64,000 bases of DNA, taken from the IMG/VR virus record IMGVR_UViG_3300042013_000103. One strand, written 5' to 3'. Under the pieces are notes generated by a model, which saw only the letters and a program-made list of their open reading frames with translations, made no database searches and had not been told where the DNA came from. Below, piece after piece: positions 9,469 to 18,561 of this stretch (its first letter is position 1; every line of letters starts with the position of its first letter). The stretch comes from a virus (taxonomy: Duplodnaviria; Caudoviricetes). Both the position numbers and the translations under genes were made by a program.

Positions 9469-9867
9469 TTAAAGCGTTGCTTTGCGTTCGGTGGCCTGGA
9501 AGAACTTCCACACCGGGTGCTGCGACGGCAGGATGACTTCATCGACGTCCCGCAACTCAATGCGTTTGGGGATGACGTCGGATTGGTCGTAGATCCCGAG
9601 CTGTACCTTTCCGATGTCGCCGGTCAGGAACGTCAGGATGTAAACATCCCGCTCGCCGTTCAGGATGTTGAGTTCACGTTTCTCCCCGAAGAGCCCGGAA
9701 ATCCACCAGCCGTTTTCTTCGACTAGCAAATCAATCCGGTGTTCCCCGATGGCCCAGTACCCGTCCAGATCCCGGAACAACCGCGTATGGCCTTCTGGGA
9801 CCACAGTGAGCGCTTTGGGTGGAGTAGGTTCCGCAACTGGACCTTGTTGGTTTACTTCGTCGGCCAT
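9469..9867 (-). CDS. Hypothetical protein, 132 aa
   Basis: ORF with RBS within operon. Confidence 0.55.
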   Translation of the reverse strand: MADEVNQQGPVAEPTPPKALTVVPEGHTRLFRDLDGYWAIGEHRIDLLVEENGWWISGLFGEKRELNILNGERDVYILTFLTGDIGKVQLGIYDQSDVIPKRIELRDVDEVILPSQHPVWKFFQATERKATL

Positions 9868-10190
9868 GTGTAGTCCCCTTCCAGAACAAAGCGATTGATT
9901 TTAATACCCCCACTGATTTCCCAGGTAGGGTCAAACGTCAGGGCGGCGGCATGCAGCTGCGCGTCCCGGAACGTCAGGCGAAGTTTGTATTGAAGCTGAC
10001 CCAGTTCGGCCGTTCGCGGCAACTCCAAGTACGTGTACGTGGGTGCCCGTTCTTGTCCAAACCAGCATTGCACCAGTTCGGGAGTGACTGGGTGTTCTTC
10101 CAGATCGCAGGTGGGGTCACCTTTGGACACCACCCAATCCCCGTATTTGGGATCAGTTAGATCGTTTATTCGTGCAAAGGTCAGCTTCAT
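9852..10190 (-). CDS. Hypothetical protein, 112 aa
   Basis: ORF with RBS within operon. Confidence 0.55.
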   Translation of the reverse strand: MKLTFARINDLTDPKYGDWVVSKGDPTCDLEEHPVTPELVQCWFGQERAPTYTYLELPRTAELGQLQYKLRLTFRDAQLHAAALTFDPTWEISGGIKINRFVLEGDYTWPTK

Positions 10191-10203
10191 TGTAAAACAC
10201 CTA

Positions 10204-11667
10204 TTATGCCGCTACGGGCATTGCTGGTTTCGGCGGCAGGTAATCTGCGTGAACCCAGTTGACAATCGTTTCCACGATCGGCCCTTGGAGTTCCAGGTTC
10301 CCTGACAGTTCGTGTGGTTCGGAAATCGACAACACCCAGTTGTGCGGGGCAATGCGCTGGAGAGAATCCCCCAGGTAATCGTCCGGCATCAACGTGAGGT
10401 TCAACTGGTCACCGTCGAAGTCAGCATTGGGTGCCTTGAGCACCAACACCGACAGACTGATGGCGTTATCCGCCACGTCGGTTTTGACGATGGTCACTCG
10501 CAACAGCTGCGTACTGCCGCGTTGCAAGGTTGGGTTACGGTGGAACGAGCACATCAAGCCGTTGCGCTTCGATTCCCGGATCAGTTCTTTGAAGAGCTCA
10601 TCCAAGATCGCGTTGTAGCACAGCACGTTGTCGTACACAAAGCTGATTGCTTCGCGGGTGGTCATCCCATGCTTACGCTTGAGCTTGTTCACCAACGGGT
10701 ATTTCAACAGCTGGCACGCGATGCCCCACGGGATGTGGAGTTCGTCGTATTCGTGTGGGTCAGAGATCGAGGTGATCACCGCACGTGCCGTGAAGTTCAG
10801 TCGACCGCCCAACACGTGGCGACGGATCAACCCAGGCTTCTGTGCAATCCGCTGCTTGTCATAGTTTTCGTGGAAGATCGCCAGCAGCTTCAGCGCGCGG
10901 GCAATCCGGTTCTGGACTTTAATCGGTTTGAGGGGAATGGGACTCGATTTGATCGAGCTCACCGTCAACACCGCATCCATGGCCGCTGCAATCGGTTTGT
11001 CGATGTACACACCGGATGTGGTGGACTCGACTACGAAACACAGCTTCGACGGGATGGGGATGTTTTTGGGAAACAGTGCGTGTTTGTTTTCTTGGACGAA
11101 CGCGTACAGCTCGGCTTTGCCCGACGCAATGATGCTCGAGTCCAGCAGGAACTGAAAGATCTCATCGAAGTTACGGACGAAGTTGTTTAAACCCCGAGGC
11201 AACCCACGTTGGATCAGTTTGTCCATCTTCCGACGGGTTTCACGGGAACTGATCCCCTCGACGTCAACGTTGTACGTGGTGTTGGTCAACCATTCCAGGA
11301 AGTCCACTTCCTTCGTACACAAATGCCCCGACAACATGATCCACAGTTGAGGAGACACCAAGCGATCCACGCCCTCAGGGGCACGGATCCACATCGACGG
11401 CACGATCGGACGGTTGCTGGTGGAGACCACCGGCGTACCGCACGTGTTGCAGATCACACCTTTCTTGAACGCTTCTTGAATCGCCCCACAATCGCACGCC
11501 GCCGAGTTCTCGATGGCTTCTGCGTCCTGGTAATGCGAGTACAGGTAGCGCCCGAATTCTTCTTTCTCCTCCAGGTTGCTGGTATTGAAATCGTTGGCGA
11601 AGACCACTTGTCCTGTCTGTTCTGCCAACATCTCGTCATGATCGACGATCTGTGCATGTAAACCCAT
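10204..11667 (-). CDS. Non-virion RNA polymerase beta-prime N-terminal subunit (phiKZ gp55-like), uninterrupted
   Basis: Catalytic NADFDGD motif, RNPTLQRGS, Zn-finger CDCG..CNTCG; follows chimallin. Confidence 0.92.
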   Translation of the reverse strand: MGLHAQIVDHDEMLAEQTGQVVFANDFNTSNLEEKEEFGRYLYSHYQDAEAIENSAACDCGAIQEAFKKGVICNTCGTPVVSTSNRPIVPSMWIRAPEGVDRLVSPQLWIMLSGHLCTKEVDFLEWLTNTTYNVDVEGISSRETRRKMDKLIQRGLPRGLNNFVRNFDEIFQFLLDSSIIASGKAELYAFVQENKHALFPKNIPIPSKLCFVVESTTSGVYIDKPIAAAMDAVLTVSSIKSSPIPLKPIKVQNRIARALKLLAIFHENYDKQRIAQKPGLIRRHVLGGRLNFTARAVITSISDPHEYDELHIPWGIACQLLKYPLVNKLKRKHGMTTREAISFVYDNVLCYNAILDELFKELIRESKRNGLMCSFHRNPTLQRGSTQLLRVTIVKTDVADNAISLSVLVLKAPNADFDGDQLNLTLMPDDYLGDSLQRIAPHNWVLSISEPHELSGNLELQGPIVETIVNWVHADYLPPKPAMPVAA

Positions 11668-11710
11668 ACCTAAGCCCCTCGCAACACCAAACAAAAAAAG
11701 AGCTATAACA

Positions 11711-11728
11711 GACTCCCCGAAGGGAGTC
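11711..11728. terminator. Hairpin between 85-aa ORF and nvRNAP gene
   Basis: gactcccc-gaa-gggagtc stem-loop next to A7 tract. Confidence 0.45.
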
Positions 11729-11749
11729 CATTATGGCTTTGGTGTAATG

Positions 11750-12007
11750 TTAGCAGCCCTGTTGACGCGGAGTCACGATATTACCTGTGGACTCGGCCAA
11801 GTAAATGGCAGCGGCTTGAGCCAATTCGATCACCACGCGATCCGCATTCGGAAGTAGCGCTTTGACGCTCTTGTTCACGGCACCACGGAACGCCATGGAA
11901 TTGCTAATGCTTTGGCGATGCTCAACAGTCTCAGCCACCAGTTTAGAGATAGCCGAGAAACCCACGAGGGAACCCAGTGCTACTTTCACAAGAACCTTTT
12001 TCATCAC
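11750..12007 (-). CDS. Small protein, 85 aa, with basic plus hydrophobic N-terminus
   Basis: MMKKVLVKVALGSLVGFSAISKLVA; GGAAG RBS. Confidence 0.55.
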   Translation of the reverse strand: MMKKVLVKVALGSLVGFSAISKLVAETVEHRQSISNSMAFRGAVNKSVKALLPNADRVVIELAQAAAIYLAESTGNIVTPRQQGC

Positions 12008-12029
12008 GTCTTCCTAATTAGTCGGTCGG

Positions 12030-12063
12030 GCATAGGGCTGCTCCCGAAGGAACAGCCCCGTGC
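12030..12063. terminator. Chimallin gene terminator
   Basis: gcatagggctgctcccgaaggaacagccccgtgc directly after the stop codon. Confidence 0.65.
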
Positions 12064-12070
12064 TTATTGC

Positions 12071-13969
12071 TTACTGGTAGATGATACCAGTCGAGCCCAT
12101 GATCGGGCTGGCGAAACCGCCGGCCTGTTGCATGCCGCCCATGTTGGCAACGCCAGTAACAGCGTACTGCATGATGGAAGTGTTGCCGGTGAAGCGCTGG
12201 CCGCCGAACACGTTGTGCATGTTCTCGATCGCTACGTTCAGACCCGCTTCAGCAGCGGATTTGTCCATGGCTTCGATCCACTTCGGGTTGTACACAGCAC
12301 GGTCAACGCGACCGGTGCGAACTACGGTGTTGCCCAGGAACAGGGACTCGAAGTTCTCACGCTGCTTGAAACGCACTTCCGGGTGGATGCGCAGGTCAGC
12401 CATGGTGGCGTAGAAGCTCATGAACTCAGCCTGATTGCCTTTCGACAGGTTCAGACCAGCCAGAACGTCCAGGTCGCGACGGTCGGCCTTCTCGCCTTTG
12501 CCATCGATGTAGTAGCCGGTGCCCACTTCGGAACCGTACGGGAACAGGATCTCGTCGGTGTCCACGTTGAAGTACTTGGTGAAGCACTGGCCGTACAGGT
12601 TGATGCACGCACGCACCAGAGCTTGCTTGGCGCGCATTTTGTTTGGACCAGCCGACATCGCATCCAGGTAGATCGAATCGATGGCAGCATTGTCGCCGAC
12701 ACGGTTCAGGTCGATCAGGAAGATCGGGTTCGGCTTGACCATCAGGTGCATCAGTTCAGCGAAGTGCGCGTCGGTGAAAGTGTCGGACTTGGTGTCGATC
12801 ATTGCCTTGCTAGGCTCGATCATGTAACCCAGAGCGCCGATGTCTTTCGGATCGTTCTTCACGCCCACTTGTGGGAGCAGAGCACGAGCCCAGGCTTGGC
12901 CGTAGGTAGCACGGTAAGCGTTACCGGTTGCGAAGATGTGCATTTCCATGGTGAAAGCTTTGACCCATGGAGCAGGACGCACGTCGGTGATGGTGATGGT
13001 TGGGGTGAACGGCGCTGCCTGAACTGGCGGCTGACCGTAGACCTGTTGTGCTTGCACTGGCGCGTATTCCAGCGACACTGCCAGCGACACCTGGTTCAGT
13101 TGGGTGTCCGAATCGTAGTACTCGTTGGCCTGAGCCTTGGACGCTTTGTCCGAACGGTTCAGCGAGACGATGATGTCGGAACGGATTGGGTTACCCAGGG
13201 AGTCTTCCACTGGACGACCGGTGAAGTCCATTTTGACGACCAGGACTTCGTTGTCCGCTTTCAGGTCGGTAGCGACCGAGAACGGAGCTTCGCCGTCCAG
13301 ACGCATCAGGATGTCGTCGCAACGGTTGACCGAGGTCAGCAGCAGACGGGTGCAGGCTTCGACCGACTTGACGTCGAACTCGCCGTACACGCCCAGAGCA
13401 CCGGCGCAGTGAACAACAGCGTTTTCCATCGACTGCTGCGAACGCACGTAGGCCGCGATACGGCTCCAGTACTGGGCAGTGAAGATGTCGCGTGGAGTCG
13501 GCTTGACGTCCAGGGTTTCGGTGATCATGCCGTTGGCGCCTTGGATCGGCACTTGACGCGGCTTGATACGGTCGTTGTCGTTTTCCAGGATCAGCGGACG
13601 GATCACGATGACCGCGTTGCCTTTGGCGTCCTTGGCGGTTTTGCAGATCAGGATGGCCGACATGCCCACTTCGTGAGTGTGACGGTCGAAGCGGTACACG
13701 TTGTAGTCGCTGGTCAGGATCTGTTGGGCCACAGCCTGTTTGCCGGCTTCGACGAAGGTGCTCAGCGCTTCAGCGGAACGGGCATCGGAACCGGTGACGT
13801 TACCGGAGCGTTGGAAGCGTTCGTTGATTGGCAGACCAGGGCGAGCAGGTTGGGCTTGTGGAGGAGTGTAGCTTTGTTGTGCTTGGGATTGCGCAGCACC
13901 CGGTTGCGAAGCCTGGCCTTGAGCGCCGGCTGGTTGACCTTGGGATTTGTCGCCGTGTTGAACTGCCAT
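12071..13969 (-). CDS. chmA: Chimallin, major phage nuclear shell protein, 632 aa
   Basis: Size about 630 aa, Q/A-rich disordered N-terminus, G/M/Q-rich C-tail, position just upstream of gp55-like RNAP subunit, strongly biased codon usage. Confidence 0.88.
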   Translation of the reverse strand: MAVQHGDKSQGQPAGAQGQASQPGAAQSQAQQSYTPPQAQPARPGLPINERFQRSGNVTGSDARSAEALSTFVEAGKQAVAQQILTSDYNVYRFDRHTHEVGMSAILICKTAKDAKGNAVIVIRPLILENDNDRIKPRQVPIQGANGMITETLDVKPTPRDIFTAQYWSRIAAYVRSQQSMENAVVHCAGALGVYGEFDVKSVEACTRLLLTSVNRCDDILMRLDGEAPFSVATDLKADNEVLVVKMDFTGRPVEDSLGNPIRSDIIVSLNRSDKASKAQANEYYDSDTQLNQVSLAVSLEYAPVQAQQVYGQPPVQAAPFTPTITITDVRPAPWVKAFTMEMHIFATGNAYRATYGQAWARALLPQVGVKNDPKDIGALGYMIEPSKAMIDTKSDTFTDAHFAELMHLMVKPNPIFLIDLNRVGDNAAIDSIYLDAMSAGPNKMRAKQALVRACINLYGQCFTKYFNVDTDEILFPYGSEVGTGYYIDGKGEKADRRDLDVLAGLNLSKGNQAEFMSFYATMADLRIHPEVRFKQRENFESLFLGNTVVRTGRVDRAVYNPKWIEAMDKSAAEAGLNVAIENMHNVFGGQRFTGNTSIMQYAVTGVANMGGMQQAGGFASPIMGSTGIIYQ

Positions 13970-14038
13970 GATGGTGTTTCCTTTGTGTATTGAGGTTTCT
14001 TGATCAAGAGAAATCTTTACTACTCTGCGGTGTATCTG

Positions 14039-14067
14039 CAGTAGTAATATAGTCCTGAGTTTTTTTA
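14039..14067 (-). promoter_or_regulatory. Early promoter of chimallin
   Basis: CTATATTAC core at 14044-14052; identical to 2839-2867. Confidence 0.8.
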
Positions 14068-14257
14068 GAATGCAATATAGGCCTTGTGACTCGGCATAAG
14101 CGCGAGGAGGTAAGGACCTGTGTTAGTCTTTACATAACATACTACATGTTGAGGTGCCTTAATTTTGTCTGTAAAGACCAGAGGTTGGGACATAAGCTTT
14201 TGTACTCAGGATCAACCTCACGGCATTCTCCTGTATTAAATGATGTTCGCCAGTATT

Positions 14258-15469
14258 TTATTCCCCTTTGACTTTGCGTTCCACGTCATCAGCTTCGCCC
14301 GTGAGTGTTTTCCCCAGGTCTTTCAAGGCGTTACGAGCTACGTCAAGGGCGTCGGCAGGTTCCTTTGCGTCCAACAACTGAATGCCTATCGTTTTGACGC
14401 GCGCAGCGATTGTGCCGATGTGGACCAACAGTCGACCCCGTTGGTGTTCGTGCGTCACGCTGTGGCGTTGCAGGCGACGTTCTTCCAGGTTGTGCGACAG
14501 CTGTTCGGTCACGCTGGCGAGTACAGCGCGTGCTTGCTGCAGGGATATAAAGCCTGCTTTCAGATCTTGACGCAAGGCCATTTTCCAGATGTCCAGTTCC
14601 ACCGGGTGGATCAGATAACCTTCTGGGATTGGCTCCATTGGTTTCAACTGAGTGGTGTCGCTGGGGATTTGGTCGACCAACATGCATTCGTGACCGAGTT
14701 CCACCTTCCTGATCTGCAACGCAGTCAGTTCCCCAAAGTGCAGGTTAAAGCTGGTCATCTCCCGTACTGCTTTCGGGATGTGGTTGTTGATCAGGTCCAA
14801 CGGTCCAGGCCCGGCGAACTCTGGCAATTCATGTGGCGGCGATGCTGGAGTCATGGAGAGTGCGTATTGAAGGGTTTGCGCGAACTCTGGGGTGAGTTGC
14901 ATGTTGTGCTCCAAATATCCCAGGGCTTGTTGAACGTAGTCGCGCCACTCAGGGGTGATAAGTTCGCCCGTTGTCTGGTTATGGAAGATGATTTGTCCCA
15001 GTCGTACGTACGCCTCCGGCACAATTTGGTGCAGCTGCCTGCCAAAACTTTCGTCTATCCAACGCAAGGCATTCCGCTGGATGCCGCTCTGGTAATGTTG
15101 GACGGCATCCGACAGATCGAGGATGTTACAAGCCACCAGTACACTGAAGGCCCCGCGCAGCAAGGCAATTTGAGTATGGTTTTTTGAGGCCAGGTCGAAC
15201 TGGCGGGGGTTGTTGATCGCGTTCTTCACGACGGTGACCAGCCGTTCGGTTTCGTTAAGGCAGATTGCGGTGATCCCCGTTTCCGTCAAGTAACCGACGA
15301 TGACGTCATGCACCATGCCACTTGGTACCAGGTCGGTGTTATTCCGCCCTGGACCAACAGGGACCAAGGGCCCTTTCCTGATCCCGTAGTTCTTACGTAA
15401 GGCATCAACGGCAGCTCGGAATTCTTCACGTAACGCTTTCTGCATGGGATCGGACCTCTTAAGTTTCAT
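14258..15469 (-). CDS. Hypothetical 403-aa protein upstream of chimallin (phiKZ gp53 position)
   Basis: Long ORF with own early promoter. Confidence 0.65.
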   Translation of the reverse strand: MKLKRSDPMQKALREEFRAAVDALRKNYGIRKGPLVPVGPGRNNTDLVPSGMVHDVIVGYLTETGITAICLNETERLVTVVKNAINNPRQFDLASKNHTQIALLRGAFSVLVACNILDLSDAVQHYQSGIQRNALRWIDESFGRQLHQIVPEAYVRLGQIIFHNQTTGELITPEWRDYVQQALGYLEHNMQLTPEFAQTLQYALSMTPASPPHELPEFAGPGPLDLINNHIPKAVREMTSFNLHFGELTALQIRKVELGHECMLVDQIPSDTTQLKPMEPIPEGYLIHPVELDIWKMALRQDLKAGFISLQQARAVLASVTEQLSHNLEERRLQRHSVTHEHQRGRLLVHIGTIAARVKTIGIQLLDAKEPADALDVARNALKDLGKTLTGEADDVERKVKGE

Positions 15470-15504
15470 TCTATGATTCCTTCGGTGTATTACTTAGCCA
15501 GTCA

Positions 15505-15532
15505 GTAATATAGTCTTGACTTATTTTAAAAT
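15505..15532 (-). promoter_or_regulatory. Early promoter
   Basis: CTATATTAC at 15505-15513; 26/28 identical to 36034-36061. Confidence 0.7.
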
Positions 15533-15548
15533 GAAAAGGGTATAACTA

Positions 15549-16625
15549 ATGTATCATCTATTCAAGGAAATGCCCTTACACAAACTTGGCATCACTCAGT
15601 CCGTGCAGCTGCCGTACATCCGCAGAATCTACGCGGGGTTGATCCGAGACGTCCAGACGTATTACCGTAAGCGCCCGAAGTTTGTGGAATCGCAAAACCT
15701 GATCGCCAACATAATCAAACAGTTCGTGGTAGAGTTTCGTTCCGACGACCTCACCTATGCCAAGAAAGTGGAAGACCAACTCTCCAAGCTGGTGGGAACG
15801 TTAGGACTGAACTCTCCCGTGAATAAAGGAAAGATCTTTCCCGGGGTGACCTTGGGTCCACAAACCAGTGAAGTTGTGATGGCCTCCTTTGAGCGCTTTC
15901 CGACCGAAGGGCTAGGCCGGACCTGGCGCGAGATGAAACCGGTGCGGTATTTGTATCACACCCGCACCGATGTTAACCTGCCGATCATGAACAACACCAC
16001 CCCGGGGAAAGGTTACGGTGTGATTTCCGTGAACATCCCCATGCTGCTGGTGCAGTACCGGTACTGGTTGCGCCACCAGATCCAGGTCAACGGTAACGAG
16101 GTCGAAAGCCCGATGCGGTTTGTCGGGGGCTACGTGCTGCCCAATGCGATTGAATCGTACCTCGAGATCAGTTGGTTCAACCGCCTGGCCCGGAATGCCA
16201 AAGGGATCCCGAACCCGACTTACCCAGTGGCCCATCCGTTTTACATTACGGACATGTCTGCTCGGTTGGAGCAACTGGCCACCGAAACCAACAGCTACTC
16301 CGACCAGAAAGCGATTGGGGTGGAGGCCTTGGCGGCAGTGGTACCGGGAATTACCCAGAAGACCTTGTTCGACATCATCCGGCTCCCACGCGATGCGTTG
16401 ACGTTACAGAACGAATGGGCGATAGCCTTGGCTAGGTTCCCGTTCATCCAGTACCTTGCTCAGATGCTGCTACAGGGCGGCAGGTTCGATCGGGCGGAGA
16501 TGAACGAGATCATCATCGACCTGACCGAGTCCATGTACGACCAAGCGTTCCGGCAGCAAACCAACAATGACTTCATGAAACAATTCACTACTCAAGTGGA
16601 AGCGTTAGTAAAACAAATGCGTTAG
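15549..16625 (+). CDS. Conserved Chimalliviridae protein (phiKZ gp52 position), 358 aa
   Basis: Opposite-strand gene between DNA polymerase and chimallin, as in phiKZ-like genomes. Confidence 0.65.
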   Translation: MYHLFKEMPLHKLGITQSVQLPYIRRIYAGLIRDVQTYYRKRPKFVESQNLIANIIKQFVVEFRSDDLTYAKKVEDQLSKLVGTLGLNSPVNKGKIFPGVTLGPQTSEVVMASFERFPTEGLGRTWREMKPVRYLYHTRTDVNLPIMNNTTPGKGYGVISVNIPMLLVQYRYWLRHQIQVNGNEVESPMRFVGGYVLPNAIESYLEISWFNRLARNAKGIPNPTYPVAHPFYITDMSARLEQLATETNSYSDQKAIGVEALAAVVPGITQKTLFDIIRLPRDALTLQNEWAIALARFPFIQYLAQMLLQGGRFDRAEMNEIIIDLTESMYDQAFRQQTNNDFMKQFTTQVEALVKQMR

Positions 16626-16629
16626 ACCA

Positions 16630-17076
16630 TCAGGCCTCAGCTTCGGCTGGGGCTTTATGCCGCTCTTCCCCGATCACGACCTTGGCCAACCCAGAACTAC
16701 CGTAGTCCACGGCGACTACCTTCCCGTTCCATAAGCCGACGGAATCCACTTTCATTTCGACGATGTTCGCTAGAAGCTCCGCATGGTTCGAGGTGGCCAA
16801 CTGTTCTTTAAACCGGTCTAAGTACAAGAACCGATCCGGCGCATCCAAGGCTTTCACTTCAACCCGCGGCATCACGTTCAACCAGCCCCCCGGCAAACTG
16901 AACAACAGGGGCGCGACCTCAGGCATGTTCATCGTGGCAAAGTCACGTTCCTGCATGTTGCCCATCAACCCTTCAAGGAACATGCGCCAACAATAGAAGT
17001 TTGGTACCTTCAAAGCGTACTTACCAACCAGCAACACCACGCGGGTGGTTCCATTACGGCAATACTTAATGTTCAT
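16630..17076 (-). CDS. Minimal protein-kinase-like (PKL) fold protein, 148 aa
   Basis: G-loop-like NGTTRVV, YALKV lysine, MQE helix Glu, LNVMPRV hinge, VAVDYG; catalytic loop degenerate (EMKVDS). Confidence 0.5.
   Translation of the reverse strand: MNIKYCRNGTTRVVLLVGKYALKVPNFYCWRMFLEGLMGNMQERDFATMNMPEVAPLLFSLPGGWLNVMPRVEVKALDAPDRFLYLDRFKEQLATSNHAELLANIVEMKVDSVGLWNGKVVAVDYGSSGLAKVVIGEERHKAPAEAEA
16633..16661. terminator. Bidirectional hairpin between convergent genes
   Basis: ggcctcagc-ttcg-gctggggc-tttatgcc. Confidence 0.6.
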
Positions 17077-17135
17077 TACGCGTCCTTATTGGCGGCATAA
17101 ACCTCCCCCGGCTTGACGCAAGGAGAGGTTTAGGT

Positions 17136-17276
17136 TCATTTCCGCTGGTACTGCTTTAACAGTTCCATGATTTTCCGGGCGTTGTGGGGACGCATGCTTT
17201 CACCGTTATTCCGGGCGCAGACGTCTTTTTTAAAGCGTGGGCGATCCAGCGCGTGTAACCCTAGCTTCCGGGTCAC
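17136..17276 (-). CDS. Small basic peptide, 46 aa (GTG start; not in ORF track)
   Basis: MTRKLGLHALDRPRFKKDVCARNNGESMRPHNARKIMELLKQYQRK; GTGA overlap with upstream ORF; followed by hairpin. Confidence 0.4.
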   Translation of the reverse strand: MTRKLGLHALDRPRFKKDVCARNNGESMRPHNARKIMELLKQYQRK

Positions 17277-17389
17277 TTGCGTTTAACCGCTTTGGGTTGG
17301 AACCGGGCAAAGGCCGCCATGATGGTCGACGCTTGCAACTGTTTGGTGGTGGGCTTGCGCACAACACCACCGGAGAAATACGACGGCAT
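17273..17389 (-). CDS. Small basic peptide, 38 aa (not in ORF track)
   Basis: MPSYFSGGVVRKPTTKQLQASTIMAAFARFQPKAVKRK; GAGG RBS 10 nt after upstream stop. Confidence 0.5.
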   Translation of the reverse strand: MPSYFSGGVVRKPTTKQLQASTIMAAFARFQPKAVKRK

Positions 17390-17398
17390 GGAAGTACC

Positions 17399-18070
17399 TC
17401 AGAGTTCAGCAGTAGGAACGAGTGCTGCGGCCTTCGGGTTGAGGGCCACGGCGCGTTTGTAGAAGACCTCATGGAGTTCCACCACCGACAGAGCAGTGAC
17501 ACCGTCTTCTTTATAGAGTACGGCACGGTTCTCGTCGCCCACTGGTGTTGTTATCAGGTCGATCACCGGGGCATTGGCATCGGCCGCCATGATGATGTCG
17601 TGATCCGCTTGGCCGAGGAAGTCCACCAGCAGCGTGCGGGTTTCTTTGATCAGGTGCTCTTGGGCTTGTTCGTACGGGCTGCGGATCACGAACTTGGCCA
17701 AGTTGCCCATGATGGTCGCCGTGTTCAATCGGCGCTTTACCGCTGCCAGTTGTTTCTTGGACAGCTTTGGTTTCTTGTCTTTCAGGCTGTACGAACCGTC
17801 GGTTTGTTTGGTGGCCACTAGGGCACCCTTTTCGATTGGCATGATCGAATCGAATATGACCGTGTTCTCCCCACGTTCTGGGCAGATACCATCGGCGACT
17901 GGGAGTCGATCCGGGTTCAGGTAACCCAGTTCATCCACGTGCATAAGGCCGGACGGGATAGAACCGTCGGTGGACTTCGTCGCCAAGACCTTGCTGGTAA
18001 CACGGGACCCATCGTCGACCAATTTGGTCAGGACATCGGACTGCAACATTTCGGTAGGGAGTGGCAACAT
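17399..18070 (-). CDS. Hypothetical protein, 223 aa
   Basis: ORF with AAGGA RBS. Confidence 0.65.
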   Translation of the reverse strand: MLPLPTEMLQSDVLTKLVDDGSRVTSKVLATKSTDGSIPSGLMHVDELGYLNPDRLPVADGICPERGENTVIFDSIMPIEKGALVATKQTDGSYSLKDKKPKLSKKQLAAVKRRLNTATIMGNLAKFVIRSPYEQAQEHLIKETRTLLVDFLGQADHDIIMAADANAPVIDLITTPVGDENRAVLYKEDGVTALSVVELHEVFYKRAVALNPKAAALVPTAEL

Positions 18071-18080
18071 GGGTAGTTCC

Positions 18081-18431
18081 TTAGCTCATGAATTTAGTGG
18101 TAATAACATTTTGGATAGCTTTGCGAATAGCTTTGGTCAGGCGACTGACGCCATCTGAATAAGCGAGCAGCCTTTTGGGTGTCTTCGACTCGATAGTGAG
18201 TTCAGACTCCGGGTATTTGGTGAAACCGGGTTTCTTACCAGCCATGGTCTTGCGGTATCCTTCGGGGCAAGGAATCCCCGACGTCGGTAGAGCCACCACA
18301 ATGGGGTTGCGGAGGCATGACGGAATCAAGGGTTTGGTCCAGTTACCGTCGATGAGCGCGGACCGGTAAAAGAACAGGGGCCCACCGCCCATCAACAGGC
18401 GGGTGAAGTTTTCGGGGGTTTTCACGCTCAT
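18081..18431 (-). CDS. Hypothetical basic protein, 116 aa
   Basis: ATGA overlap with upstream ORF. Confidence 0.55.
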   Translation of the reverse strand: MSVKTPENFTRLLMGGGPLFFYRSALIDGNWTKPLIPSCLRNPIVVALPTSGIPCPEGYRKTMAGKKPGFTKYPESELTIESKTPKRLLAYSDGVSRLTKAIRKAIQNVITTKFMS

Positions 18432-18556
18432 TCGGCGAAATACTCCGGGGGTAGTTTAACGATGCCTTTGCGCCAGGTGTTGTCACTGCGGTAGTACCGC
18501 GTCACGTACTGACGTAACTTGGCTGGGGTGATGGGGAACTTCAGTACACGCGACAT
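18428..18556 (-). CDS. Small basic peptide, 42 aa
   Basis: MSRVLKFPITPAKLRQYVTRYYRSDNTWRKGIVKLPPEYFAE; AGGA RBS. Confidence 0.5.
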   Translation of the reverse strand: MSRVLKFPITPAKLRQYVTRYYRSDNTWRKGIVKLPPEYFAE

Positions 18557-18561
18557 GGGGT

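Noticed and set aside
11912-13993. 693-aa plus-strand ORF; similarly 44621-46828, 52303-54507, 50532-52280, 58368-59825 and 62302-63417
   Set aside because: Antisense shadows of genes with strong codon bias (chimallin, sheath, terminase and others); no RBS or motifs
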